This document shows, in pieces, positions 11,258 to 22,469 of a stretch of DNA of 64,000 nucleotides (position 1 is the first letter of the stretch; every line of letters starts with the position of its first letter). Source of the stretch: Camelus ferus (lineage: Eukaryota); the NCBI RefSeq assembly GCF_009834535.1, contig NC_045705.1, positions 32,240,001 to 32,304,000 of the forward strand. Reading direction: 5' to 3'. The translations under genes were made by a program, and so were the position numbers. The notes beneath the pieces were generated by a model, which was given only the letters and a program-made list of their open reading frames with translations, did no database searches and was not told where the DNA came from.

Positions 11258-13283
11258 TATTTTTTAATGGGTAATTTTTGCAGACCAACTATTGGTGCAG
11301 TTTTCAAAATGTGCTTGCGTAATATCTTTCTTTCCACTGTGCTTTTAGGTATCTGCCTAATTCCTGTTTTGCCTCTGACTTTCTTTAGTAAATAGTTTTG
11401 TATACTATACATGCATTCTTGAAAAAGAGCAAAAGAGAAAGAGAGAGAAAAACAAAGATAGATAGATAGACAGACAGAGGTGAAAGAGAGAAAACAAGAA
11501 AATTTTAAAACATAAATGTATTATTCATGATACCTAAACTATACATTCACACATTTGCATGTTATTAATTGATGGTTTTATAAGTTATTTTATTAACATA
11601 ATCATTCAAACTAAACTAAAATTTCATGTATGTGATTTCTCGTAAGTAATGTGTGAGTTGTCTCAATTAACACAGAAATCACTATTTAAGTTAATGATGT
11701 TATTTTACTCTAGAAATCTGTGAGGATTAAGTCATGTTCTGTGTTCGTTTTTATTAGAACCCCACACTTATAAAGCTAATTATTATTGCGCTAGGAAAAT
11801 TTTCTGTGTAAATCTGGAAAGATGTTTCTGTGAAAATAAAGACATACAATTTTATTTTTACTCTAATAGTTGTTTGCTTCTTCTCTTCTTGATATATGGG
11901 AGCCTCAATAAAGCAAAATATAGTTTCATGTTAGGAATCTAAATCATTTGTAGGTCACTGAATTCAACTCTGTCCTAAGCAGGGCAGGTTTTCACTCCTT
12001 TATTGCATTTTGGTCTGTGACACTCAGAGGAAAAACGAGTCACCAGGCTGAAATTATGCCCCTAAATATGATAGGTGCAATATTAAATTATGTTTCAAAG
12101 AGGGGGGCTTAAGTCCAGATACTGGTGACTCTTGAACAAGCTGTGTATTTGTTATGCACTTTCCTTTCTTCAGACTCCAGGGAATAAGCAGCACTCTGAC
12201 AATGTAGGGAAATACAGCAGTAATAAAACACCACTGTGTGGCTTCATAAAGCTGTAATTCTTTTAGCAATATGTTCTGAAAGCGTATTATATATTATCAG
12301 GTGATATTTATTTTACAGTAATTATAGAGACTCGAGATGCAACTCTAATATATGAAATGAATGGCCATAATTTATTTTTGACAGAAATATGTCTCAAAAA
12401 TACACCCAAGGACTTTGCAGGGATAAAGACTGTGTGCATTGAAAAAGGTTTTACATTGGCATGTAGTTAAAATCTGACAAACATGATCAGTATAATGAAT
12501 TGTGGAAGACAAAATGGACAAACTTAATGGTATGTCTTTCAAAGAAATGAAGCAGAAAAACAAACCACAAACCCACCGCAACAACAAAATTCTGTTTTTC
12601 TTGGCGAACAAGCTGCATTTACCTGCAAAGTAACTGCTGTTCTGTTCACCACTGTTTTAGAAATACTAACGAGATGGGAAAATAGTCAGAAGAGAGGATA
12701 TCAGATGGTTTGGTTGGAAAAGTCTGCCTTGTATGACAAGTTGAAAAGTGAGTCTAACTTATCCCATTTAGTCATCTGGAAGTACTTTAAAATTTACGAA
12801 TTTCCACACTGACACTTACCATTTAAATTCAACACCATCTTGTGATGTAAGTGTGTTTGTGTCCATTTTACCATTTGTGAACATTAAGGCATAAACTATA
12901 GAAAATCTAGGATTAGCACTCAGATGTATAATTTCTAACCCACTATTTTCTGATTAAAAAATTCCTATATTCATTTCCCTTTGTGATTTTTGAAATGATA
13001 TAATAGGAAAACAGGAGGCCATAAATTTAACAGAAAATAAACTGGAATTTTAACCATATAAATTAGTGTTATTGTTAACATGACAAATCTAACCAACAAT
13101 GGAATGAAATAATTTCTTTAATTTTTTTTACAGGGTAATGAATCCGTGTGGACTCAAAACTTCCTCATCACCGTCTATTCCCTCACTGCAAAGGATTTCA
13201 CTGTGTCTTTCTAAGAATTACATCTAAGGGGATGTTAGTGTGACGACCCTATTTTCACCACAGATTGACTTTAGAACTTAAAA

Positions 13284-14270
13284 ATGAAAACTAATATGCC
13301 AGGGTTGCCATCAGATTTAGATTTATTTAGGATTCCGATAAAAAATATGACTGAAGTCTCCATGTTTATACTGGTGGGCTTCACAGATGATTGTGAGCTG
13401 CAGGTTTTCCTATTTTTACTATTTCTAGCAATCTACCTTTTCACTCTGATAGGAAATTTGGGACTGGTTATATTGGTTATTGTGGATTCTCGGCTCCACA
13501 ACCCTATGTACTATTTTCTGAGTGTGTTATCGTTCTTGGATGCCTGCTATTCCTCAGTTGTCACCCCAAAAATGTTAGTCAGTTTCTTGTCAGAGGATAA
13601 AACCATTTCGTATCTTGGATGTGCAGCCCAGATGTTTCTCTTTGTTACTTTTGGGACCACAGAATGCTTCCTCTTGGCCGCAATGGCATATGATCGCTAC
13701 GTAGCAATCTACAACCCCCTCCTGTATTCAGTGCGCATGGCACCCAGAGTCTATGTGCCACTCATCACTGCTTCCTATGTTGGTGGCATCTTGCATGCTT
13801 CTGTGCACACAGTGGCCACATTTAGCCTGTCCTTCTGTGCGTCCAATCAAATTACACACGTCTTTTGTGACATCCCTCCTCTCCTCGCTCTTTCTTGCTC
13901 TGACACTCACTCAAACCAGCTTCTACTCTTCTACTTCATGGGCTCTATTGAGACAGTCACTATCCTGATTGTCCTGATCTCCTATGGCTTCATTCTGCTG
14001 GCCATCCTGAGGATGCATTCTGCCGAAGGGAGAAGGAAAGCCTTTTCTACGTGTGGCTCTCACCTAACTGGAGTGTCCATTTACCATGGAACCATCCTCT
14101 TCATGTACGTGAGACCGAATTCCAGCTACTCCTTGGACCATGACATGATAGCATCGACTTTTTATACCATTGTAATTCCCATGCTGAATCCCATCATTTA
14201 TAGTTTAAGGAACAAAGATGTCAAAGAGGTGATGAAGAGAGTGTTTGGAGGAAAAATCGTTTGTCACTAA
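13284..14270 (+). CDS. Olfactory receptor, OR5T subfamily (OR5T1/OR5T3-like), copy 2, intact
   Basis: 328-aa ORF with NMT sequon, [31 protein letters not shown] and [16 protein letters not shown]. The ATG at 13296 ([10 protein letters not shown]) matches the recalled OR5T1-type N-terminus and may be the true start. Confidence 0.93.
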   Translation: MKTNMPGLPSDLDLFRIPIKNMTEVSMFILVGFTDDCELQVFLFLLFLAIYLFTLIGNLGLVILVIVDSRLHNPMYYFLSVLSFLDACYSSVVTPKMLVSFLSEDKTISYLGCAAQMFLFVTFGTTECFLLAAMAYDRYVAIYNPLLYSVRMAPRVYVPLITASYVGGILHASVHTVATFSLSFCASNQITHVFCDIPPLLALSCSDTHSNQLLLFYFMGSIETVTILIVLISYGFILLAILRMHSAEGRRKAFSTCGSHLTGVSIYHGTILFMYVRPNSSYSLDHDMIASTFYTIVIPMLNPIIYSLRNKDVKEVMKRVFGGKIVCH

Positions 14271-14520
14271 GGTATATTTTCACACCAAACGCTAAACTGA
14301 AAGAAATTAAGACTGATATTATTGTCTTCATATTAAAAATTATAATACAAGATTTTTTTTGGTATATTAGTGCCTTTTGTTTCTTCTCAGACGTTTCATA
14401 AATAAAGATCATAGTCAACACACCACCTATGCAGTGTGTACACATGCAGAAAATAATCATCCATCCGCTTCTTACTAAGTTCACACACACACATGCACCT
14501 ACGTGCCTGCTGATACTGCT

Positions 14521-15150
14521 TATATTATTTTGTCTGGATTACCACAACCGAGTACATAAGACTGTATTGCTAAACAACAGAAATCTATTTTTTTCACTGT
14601 TCTGGATGCTAAGCATTTGAAATCAAGGTGTGTCCCGGCTTGATTTCTTCTGGGCCCTCTCTCCTCAGCTTGCAAATGGTCGTCTTCTTTTTCTGTTTCC
14701 CCGTGATCTTTTCTCTCTGGGCATCTGTATCCTAATCTCCTCTTCTTATAAGATTGACAGCCAAATTGAATTAAGACCCACCCTAAAGATAAAATTAAAA
14801 AAAATAATTTAATTGACATGCCATCAGTTACAATGTGTCAATCTCTGGTGTGCAGCACAATGTCCCAGTCATGCATATACATACATATATTCATTTTCAT
14901 ATTTTTTCAGTAAAGGTTATTACAAGATATTGAATATAGTTCCAGATACTAAACAGAAGACATTTGTTTTTTTAATCTATTTTTATATATAGTATTTAAT
15001 AGTTGCTTAAAGATATAATTTTTATTTAATTACCTCCTCAAAAACCCTCTCTCCAAATAGTTACATTCTCAGGTAAGGGGATTAGGACTCCAATATACAA
15101 ATATTGGATTTATTTAAACGCAAACACATGGGCATATAGCCATGTAACTT
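14521..15150 (-). mobile_element. MLT1A-type MaLR LTR, interrupted by an L1 tail
   Basis: aaacaacagaaatctattttt...gttctgga...tcaaggtg and aattacctcc...ccctctctccaaatagttacattct match MLT1A in antisense. Confidence 0.75.
14797..15007 (-). mobile_element. L1 3' end nested in MLT1A
   Basis: ttacaatgtgtcaatctctggtgtgcagcacaatg tail; TSD TAAAGATA(A/T)AATT at 14784-14796 and 15008-15020. Confidence 0.85.
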
Positions 15151-15632
15151 TTTATATTAAAATGTACAGTGTTATTTTTCATCCCCATATAACTAAAACT
15201 GGATAGGCTCCCATACTTAACAATTGTAAGTAGCATTATAATTATATTTTACTGGCTTGAACAAACACACCTCATCCATAGCTAAACCATAGCTTGCATA
15301 ACCTCAATCCACACTCCATGTAGTTACCTGACTTCAGATCAAAGAACTCTGCTTCATCCCTGGATCAATACATTTGCAGCAAATTAATCTGTCTTTGGCT
15401 CAGTGACCACAGATCTGTGTCCAAATTCCTGGCGTCATTACCATGCCATTTGAGAGGGTGAATTTCTCCTGGACCTTCCAATTTTTTATTTTATCCAGAG
15501 CATGGACTTTAAATCCATTATTTATTGCCTCAGAAAACAGAGCCTAAGTATTAGCATTTATCAAGATTACATCTAAGGACCACTCATGTTCCATCGGCCA
15601 AAGGTTGGCTCAGCCAAGAATCAGGGTGGAAA

Positions 15633-15747
15633 GGAGGGAGGGTAGAGCTCAGTGGTAGAGTGCGTGCTTATCATGTGCAAAGTCCTAGGTTCAATCCCCA
15701 GTACTGCCATTGATTAATTAATTAAACTAATTACCCCCCTCAAAAAA
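15633..15747 (+). mobile_element. tRNA-derived SINE (camelid type)
   Basis: A box in AGCTCAGTGGTAGAG, B box GGTTCAATCCC, AT-rich tail, ctaattacccc and A6. Absent at the homologous site in unit B. Confidence 0.85.
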
Positions 15748-16419
15748 GAGTCCCTGTGGGAAGGAATAACAAAAAATCATGGGTAAAAGAAGAAATAGTG
15801 TATTGGGGGCCATTATCATATAGGTGCAGCATGATTTTTTTTAATGATTCCATAATTTTCTATTGTATTTATGTACAATTTTTATTAAAATATTTCTCAA
15901 TATGTCCATTCATTTTTTCATTTTTTTGCTTAGAAAAATAGTGCTGCAATATACATTATATTACACATTAGTCATTTATATTTGTCCTTCCTATACTTAT
16001 TTCCTTAGGCATTTAGGCTTTTATTTCTATAAAGAAATCAAAAAATGACTCTGCAGCATCAAAGAATATTTTGGTTTTTGTAATAGCAGGTGTTCAGGTA
16101 GTGTCTAGAAAGGCATCCAAAAAAAGAGAAAAATGGAATAATTTCAATTATAGCACATACTGTATAAAACATCATCTTGTTAGTTATACATCTCAATTTA
16201 CTAGTTTACAGTGAGGTGGAAACTGATCTTTAAAAGCAAAACATTGCTAAATAAATGAACACAATTGACATAAATGTGAGGACATGAGGCTCTGCTAAAA
16301 AGGAAATCACATCATTAGCTTATTTAAAAATTGAGGACAATACAGAAAAGCAGATTTCAATTAAGTCTACATACAAATTAAATTCATAAAAGAATAATTT
16401 CTATGTTATTTCAAATGCC

Positions 16420-17355
16420 TCATAATGCTGATAATTTGGGAAGAAATTTCCTCATTGCCTTTCTGACATCTTTGTTCCGCAGACTATATATCATAGGATT
16501 GAACAATGGAGTCAAAACGGTGTAGAAAAGAGAGAGCAGTTTGTCTATTCCTACATACTGATCGGATTTAGGTTTTAAATAGGTGACAGTGGCTGATCCA
16601 TAGAACAAAACTACCACCGTGATGTGGGAAGAGCACGTGGAAAAGGCTTTGGTCCGCCCTGTGTTTGATGGCAGCTTCATGATGGTGGAGATAATTCTCA
16701 TATAGAAACTAAGTATCAACAAAAAGGGAACAGTGACAAGCAACACAGCAAATAGATAGACCACGATCTCATTCACAAAGATGTCGCCACAGGCCAGCTT
16801 CAGTAATGGGGGGATGTCACAGAAGAAGTGACTGATTTGATTAGAACCACAAAAGGACACAGAGAATATCTGCCATGTTTGTCCTATCTGGACTGGAGCT
16901 CCACTGATCCAGGAGGCCACCACCAGCTGGACACAGACCCTGTGGTTCATGACGAGGGGATAGTGCAGAGGGTTACAAATGGCCACGTAGCGGTCATAGG
17001 CCATCACAGCCAGCAGGAAACACTCCGTGGCTCCCAGCATAAGGAAGAAGCACATTTGTGTGGCACAGCTGAAAAAAGAAATACTTCCTTTCTGGGTCCA
17101 AAGGTCCATGAGCATCCTAGGAAGAGTGACAGACACATAACAGATCTCTAGGAAGGAAAGATTGCTGAGGAAAAAATACATGGGCGTCTGAAGAGCGACA
17201 TCTGCTCTTGTTACCAGAACTATGATGCCGTTCCCCAGCAGGATAGCCAAGTAGATGACTGAGAATACCCCAAAAAGCAGCCAGTGGAACCTGGGAATGT
17301 CAGAGAAGCCCAGGAGGACGAAGTCCATCCTTACAGTGAGATTTGTTTCCGTCAT
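16420..17355 (-). CDS. OR10AG1: Olfactory receptor 10AG1-like, copy A, intact (311 aa)
   Basis: NLT sequon, [31 protein letters not shown] and [11 protein letters not shown]. The segments LMDLWTQKG, CATQMCFFLMLG and LKLACGDIFVNE closely match recalled human OR10AG1. Confidence 0.93.
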   Translation of the reverse strand: MTETNLTVRMDFVLLGFSDIPRFHWLLFGVFSVIYLAILLGNGIIVLVTRADVALQTPMYFFLSNLSFLEICYVSVTLPRMLMDLWTQKGSISFFSCATQMCFFLMLGATECFLLAVMAYDRYVAICNPLHYPLVMNHRVCVQLVVASWISGAPVQIGQTWQIFSVSFCGSNQISHFFCDIPPLLKLACGDIFVNEIVVYLFAVLLVTVPFLLILSFYMRIISTIMKLPSNTGRTKAFSTCSSHITVVVLFYGSATVTYLKPKSDQYVGIDKLLSLFYTVLTPLFNPMIYSLRNKDVRKAMRKFLPKLSAL

Positions 17356-18694
17356 TTTCCAATTATTTTCTCTGTGTGGATTTACATTTCTTTGCTACAT
17401 TCTCCTCTTTTATAATTGGATTGGGACATGGGCTTTGGTCTTAACATGTTCTTAGTTACTTTCTGACACTTGTGTTCTGTGATTCTGGCAGATCTGTTGT
17501 GAAACCAGGAGCTATAAACTCATCTGCAGGAAAAAAAAAAAGCAACTCAGTAAATAAAATGCTTAAATGATTTATGCTAGATCTTTTAATTATACCAGTA
17601 AGATCTGTATGCCTACATATTTTGTTTAAATTATGGTGTGAGAAAAAAGAACGCAGATAAGCGATTTCTGCCATTCAAAACCTCAACTCAGCTACTAGTT
17701 GACCACTTCTGTGAATTTTTTGTCTAATCAAGCTATAATATAATATCTGACCTCTAACATCACACATAATGTTCCACTGACTATATACTTGTCTTTTCTG
17801 CCCTTGTCTTTAATGATTCATTATTCATGCTGTAAAGTATAGAGCACAAGGCTCTGCCCTAGTATGTTACTCCATAGATGTTTTTGAAAAAGTGGAACGG
17901 AAGTGAGAAAGATAATGAAACCTACAAGAATATAAAAGCCAAATCTTTTATTTTCAATGTCATAATGTTCTATCAATACCCATTCTAATTATTGAATTAA
18001 AATAAATCTTATTGCTTTAAAAAACACACATTTTTGATATTTAACTATTTTTAATTCTAAAAATATTTGGGCATGTTTCATTATTTTAAGCCAAAAGCAA
18101 ATGTTCCTAGGGAAAATAAAATCAATTTAAAAAAAAAAAGTTTAGCAAATGTAGTCAGATACTGTGTCCAAATCCTTCCCTGTTTGTGGTCCATTTGGGC
18201 CAAAAAAGTTGAACCAAATATTGTTCTGCAGTAAAATATAATTTGGAATAAATAAATGCTTCACATATTCCCCAGTAGAAGAAGTTTCCCTAATAAAAGG
18301 TGATTCCTTCTCACAGAAATACTTTTATTTAAAATGGCAACATTTACTTTATTATCAGTATAGCAAAATATGTTTAATTAATTTGAATGTAATAAACCAT
18401 TCTTTCATCATAGATTTCTTAATAGGTTATTTCTTAAAATGAAAAATGTTTTAACATTATTATTATTATTGTTAACATGGGGCAAATTAGAAATTTATAT
18501 ATTTCAAATGCTTCAAACACATTAACTTTTTAATTCAGAACATCAGAAATCTAGCTGAAATAATGCTATCTTAAATAATAAGTATCATTTCAACCCATAG
18601 TTATTTATGATTTTAGTTGTTCGAAATTATTAAATCTTGATCCTGAATTTTTTTAAAAAAAACTTGAATGAGAATATCAACATATTGATAGTTT

Positions 18695-18930
18695 ATATTT
18701 ACCTTTCTCAATTTTTCTGAAGATGATTCTTTTTCATTGATAAAATTTTTATATTTTAAAATGTTAAATTGCTAAGGATCTATAAGGTTTTTGATCAAGA
18801 ACTTAACCTGCTTTTAAAGAGCTTGGCTTTTTACAGAGGAAGTGATCACTTCTCCCCCATGGGAATATCTCTTTTCCCTCTATGTCTAAATTGCTAGTTA
18901 ATGCTCTTGGTTGCAATTAATTTGGAGTGT
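18695..18930 (-). promoter_or_regulatory. Putative promoter/first exon of OR10AG copy A
   Basis: O/E site CCCCATGGGA at 18855-18864 and homeodomain CAATTAATT near 18915. Minus-strand donor AAG|GTAAAT at 18702-18701; acceptor (T)11CCTGCAG with AG at 17525-17524. All are conserved in copy B. Confidence 0.55.
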
Positions 18931-19557
18931 TTTTGCAAACAGCTTTTCCATGGTGGACCAGAGTTTCCTGCAGGCTCTCTACAGAGTATAATTTCATGCA
19001 TTCTCCATTTCTTAAATACAGTTGGTGGGCTTGAATGTCTTAGAAGAACAAAACACTCTTAATAGTCCCACATTACCAGCAAAAAATGTTCAAATTCTTT
19101 ATCCAATGATATCTTATCTGTGTTATTTTATTTTCCATAATTCCTTTGAATAGACCTTTTCAGCAAATCATGTATTGTTAACATTATCTGGACATGTTCC
19201 ACTTATTTTTAAGGGGTACTAGGTTTAAGAGGTAGACTTTTGTGGTTGTGGGTTAAGTTTGTGAAGACAAAGGCAATTCTGTACTACTGAAACTAAAATT
19301 ACTTTATGCAAATTATGATTTTCTCTCAGACTCTGTGGGAATCCCTGAATAGACACACCCAGCTCATTAATAAACCCTGTAAACAAGGATCAAGAATAAT
19401 TATTATCTATAAAAGTTTGAAAATTAAATATCCTTCATTCTTATTGCAACATTTAATGATTTAGCATTTCTCAGTTTCAACCATCCATGCATTTCGTGGG
19501 GAAAACCACATTAAGCCTGACCTGGCATCTCCAGCCCAGCCCAGCTTCACATTTGAC

Positions 19558-20253
19558 TGTGTTTTGCTGTTGTTCCTGCAACAGCGTCATTTTCCACCCC
19601 CGGGCTTCTGTTCATCTTCACGTCGGGAGAATATTTCTTTCAACTTGTTCCTCAGCGTTTTTCCTTTATCGGGAGGTTATACTCCCTGTCACATCTTTCA
19701 TTGCACTTGTATTTGGAGATGTTCGGCACTTTCAAATGTCTGCCCTCTACCAGCTAGACCCCAAGTCCACTGGACCCCAAGACCACAACTGGATCCCAAG
19801 GCCCACTGCCAAGGAAGTAGAATTAAACTCTACATAAAAGAATAAAGACTGTGTTTTCCGACTCTAAATAATGTGCCCCTGGTGTCCCCACTGGTTTCAG
19901 AGCTAACACTTGTCGCAGAGCAGGCACCAGCAGGAACCCGAGTTTTAGCCAGTAAGTCTGGGAATTAAATCACGTGTTCTTCCTGTGGAAAGGACCCTTA
20001 AATGCCCAGTTTACACATAGTGGGAATTTGAGGACTAGGAGTTGACACAAGATCCTTATAGCCAGAAATGAGAAGATTCATTTTCTTTTTTTCATTTTAT
20101 TTCCTCCACGTAACACTCCATCAGTAGGAGAAATTCTTACAAGACTTCTTGCTGAAGCTGGAAAATGTTCTAATCATCAACTGAAGCCATGTTTGTTTAT
20201 GGCTGAGGCAGGGAAACAAGATAAACTATACATATTCATGCAACTGCCTGATA
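19558..20253 (+). mobile_element. ERV1-like LTR (19558-19908) plus a short 5' internal stub
   Basis: TG start, AATAAA at 19841-19846, ends ...GCTAACA at 19908, followed by degenerate PBS-like ttgtcgcagagcagg. Absent from unit B. Family not identified. Confidence 0.55.
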
Positions 20254-20399
20254 CTTTCTTCTCTCAACTTGCTGCTGTTTACACATCGATTCCTACTTTC
20301 AAGTTTCCTTTGAGAGTTGCCTGTGCTTCTGATTTGATTGTTGCTGAGTATTTGCTTTATATGCTACACAAACCTTCATGAAGACCTCAGTATCTCTTG

Positions 20400-22460
20400 T
20401 ATTCAGTTTTCTTATTCCTTCGTATTTCATGTTTTCTTCTTTCCATTTTTGTACATTCAAAAATATCATTAACAACCTGCCTTGTGTAAAATATGCAGCT
20501 CTTCATTTCTTTTACTTTCCGTCCCATTTTGTCAATGCGCGTCTGCGTATTTAAGGTGTAGCTTGATGTGGTAGCTGGGTTCTGCCTTTTGCTTTAATGT
20601 CTGCCTTTCACTTGGGCTGTTTAGTCCACGTGTATTTAGTGTTACTACGTTACCATTTTTTATTTGTTTGCATTTTTTCCTTCTTTCTTTCTTTTGGCTG
20701 TTCAGTTTCCTTCTGCCAATTTAAGGGTTAATTAAATTATTTGCGCTGTCTTTTTGTATATACCACTTTTTTAAAATTATCATTTCAGGGATTGCTTCAG
20801 GGTTAACAATTAAAAATGTGCATCTTTAATGTATCAAAGTTTACCTACGGTTAAAATTGTTCCATTTTAATCTTCATCCTTTACCACGGATGCTTCCACT
20901 TTTCCACGTCCCCCTTCATCCTTCATGTCTCACACCACCCACGTCACATCTCACTCCACAAATGTCATAATCCTAGAATAACTCCTTTTCCTCAGATGAT
21001 GTGCTCTGTGTTACTGATGTCATACATTTTGCTTGTATCTATATTATGAACCCCAATTTGCAATGCCATTATTTTAGCTTTAAATAGTCAGTTGTCTCAC
21101 TGTGATGTAACAGAGTTTATTTGGTTCATTCTAATGGGGCTCATTATGGTATGTATACCCATGTCTTCCATCCAATTTGAAAAACTGTAAAAAAAATTTG
21201 AAAAATTGTCAGCTACTGTAATTATTTTCCTACACTTGTCCTTCAGTTATGCCTATTTTAGACAATGTGATATAAATCCACCTGTTATTGAGGCTCTAAT
21301 TTTTTAAAATAATTTTAAAAAAATACTCTTTCTAGGTTGTATTATTTATAGTAATTTGAATTTAAATTCACTGACATTTCTTTGCACATGTCCAAACGAC
21401 ATCAAATCCCATCAGCCTTTCATTTCACTTGCCCTTCACTTACATTTCACTTCCTTTCATTGTACGCTTCACTGTAGAATTTTAATTAATTTTTTTTTGA
21501 GAGTTGTTATATATCTATGGGAACAACCTACTCAAATTGTATGTAGTTACATTTTATTTCAAGTGTTTGGCGATAATTTTAAGAGATTATTAAAAGTCTC
21601 TGTTAAATCTGTCATCTGAGACATCTTGCAGTCATTTTTAACTGATTACTTTTTTCTAGACTATGGTTTAGTTTTCCTAAGTTTTTCATATCCTGTATTT
21701 TTTCCTTCATATTTTAAATAGCTTATGATATGTAGTAGAGTCTTTGGAATCTCATATCTTCCTATGAAGAGTGCTAATTTTTATTCTAACAAACCATTAT
21801 TATGGGATGGCCATTTTGACTTGTAAAATCTGGGTTTTATGTTTTGTTAGTGAAAAGTTGTCCAGAGATCAAGGTGTTTCCCACATCGAAATAACTTGGG
21901 GAATTCAACATCCAAATTCTATCTTCCCTACAGATATCACTGAGACTTAGGTTGGAACTTTTTCTAGAGTGAATCTTGAGAGAGCTAATGACCTGACTTT
22001 AGGAAATAAGTCTTACTCTACAGCCCCAGCACTTCCTGTGTCTCAGATGCTGCTTAAGATATTATTCCAGTGTGGAGAGTGCTGGCTGGGATGCATCCCC
22101 AATGTCTCTGAGCTGTGCTTTATTCCTAGTATCTTTATTCTTTCCTCAATTACATATCAGTCATTTTCTTAGAAGCATTCTATAGCCTCCTCTAGCGTAT
22201 GCATATCCCATCATTTTTCCAGAGACTCTCAAAAAAATTTCATTCAGGTCTATCTGTCCCTTAGTCATTATATAGCTCCCTCATCTTCTCTGCCCTGGAA
22301 CAAATCCTAGCCTCTTTAGGTGTCTTAAATGCTGATCTCTGCCTCCTCAGCTCAGTGGGCATCTCTGCTCTTCATTTGTTCCAGTTATCTGTACCTTGAT
22401 CAGGAAATTGTCTCCAGGCATAAAGCCAGCATGGTCAGGGGACTAACATTGTCAATTTCC
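20400..22460 (-). mobile_element. Ancient L1M fragment, shared with unit B
   Basis: Degraded antisense L1M-type text, homologous to 42780-44855. Confidence 0.6.
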
Positions 22461-22469
22461 CTTCTATGG

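Larger units (their letters stand above)
3280..14420 (+). repeat. Old tandem duplication of the OR5T gene unit (copy 1 ~3280-6560; copy 2 ~7347-14420)
   Basis: Colinear homologous blocks visible by eye: 3281~7361, 3590-4450~7900-8760, 4470-6560~12305-14420. A ~3.5-kb block at 8760-12305 is found only in copy 2. Confidence 0.85.

Noticed and set aside
15633-15710. tRNA gene
   Set aside because: It has A and B boxes, but the acceptor stem does not pair well. It continues into an AT-rich tail and A-run and is absent from the paralogous site, so it is a tRNA-derived SINE.
16828-17151. 107-aa antisense ORF duplicated at 38655-38978
   Set aside because: It lies wholly opposite the OR CDS, and its duplication simply reflects the converted CDS. 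There is no independent evidence for it.
19755-19810. Short spaced repeats (ggaccccaag x3) resembling a CRISPR array
   Set aside because: Three imperfect ~17-bp tandem units inside an LTR of a mammalian genome, without unique spacers or cas genes.
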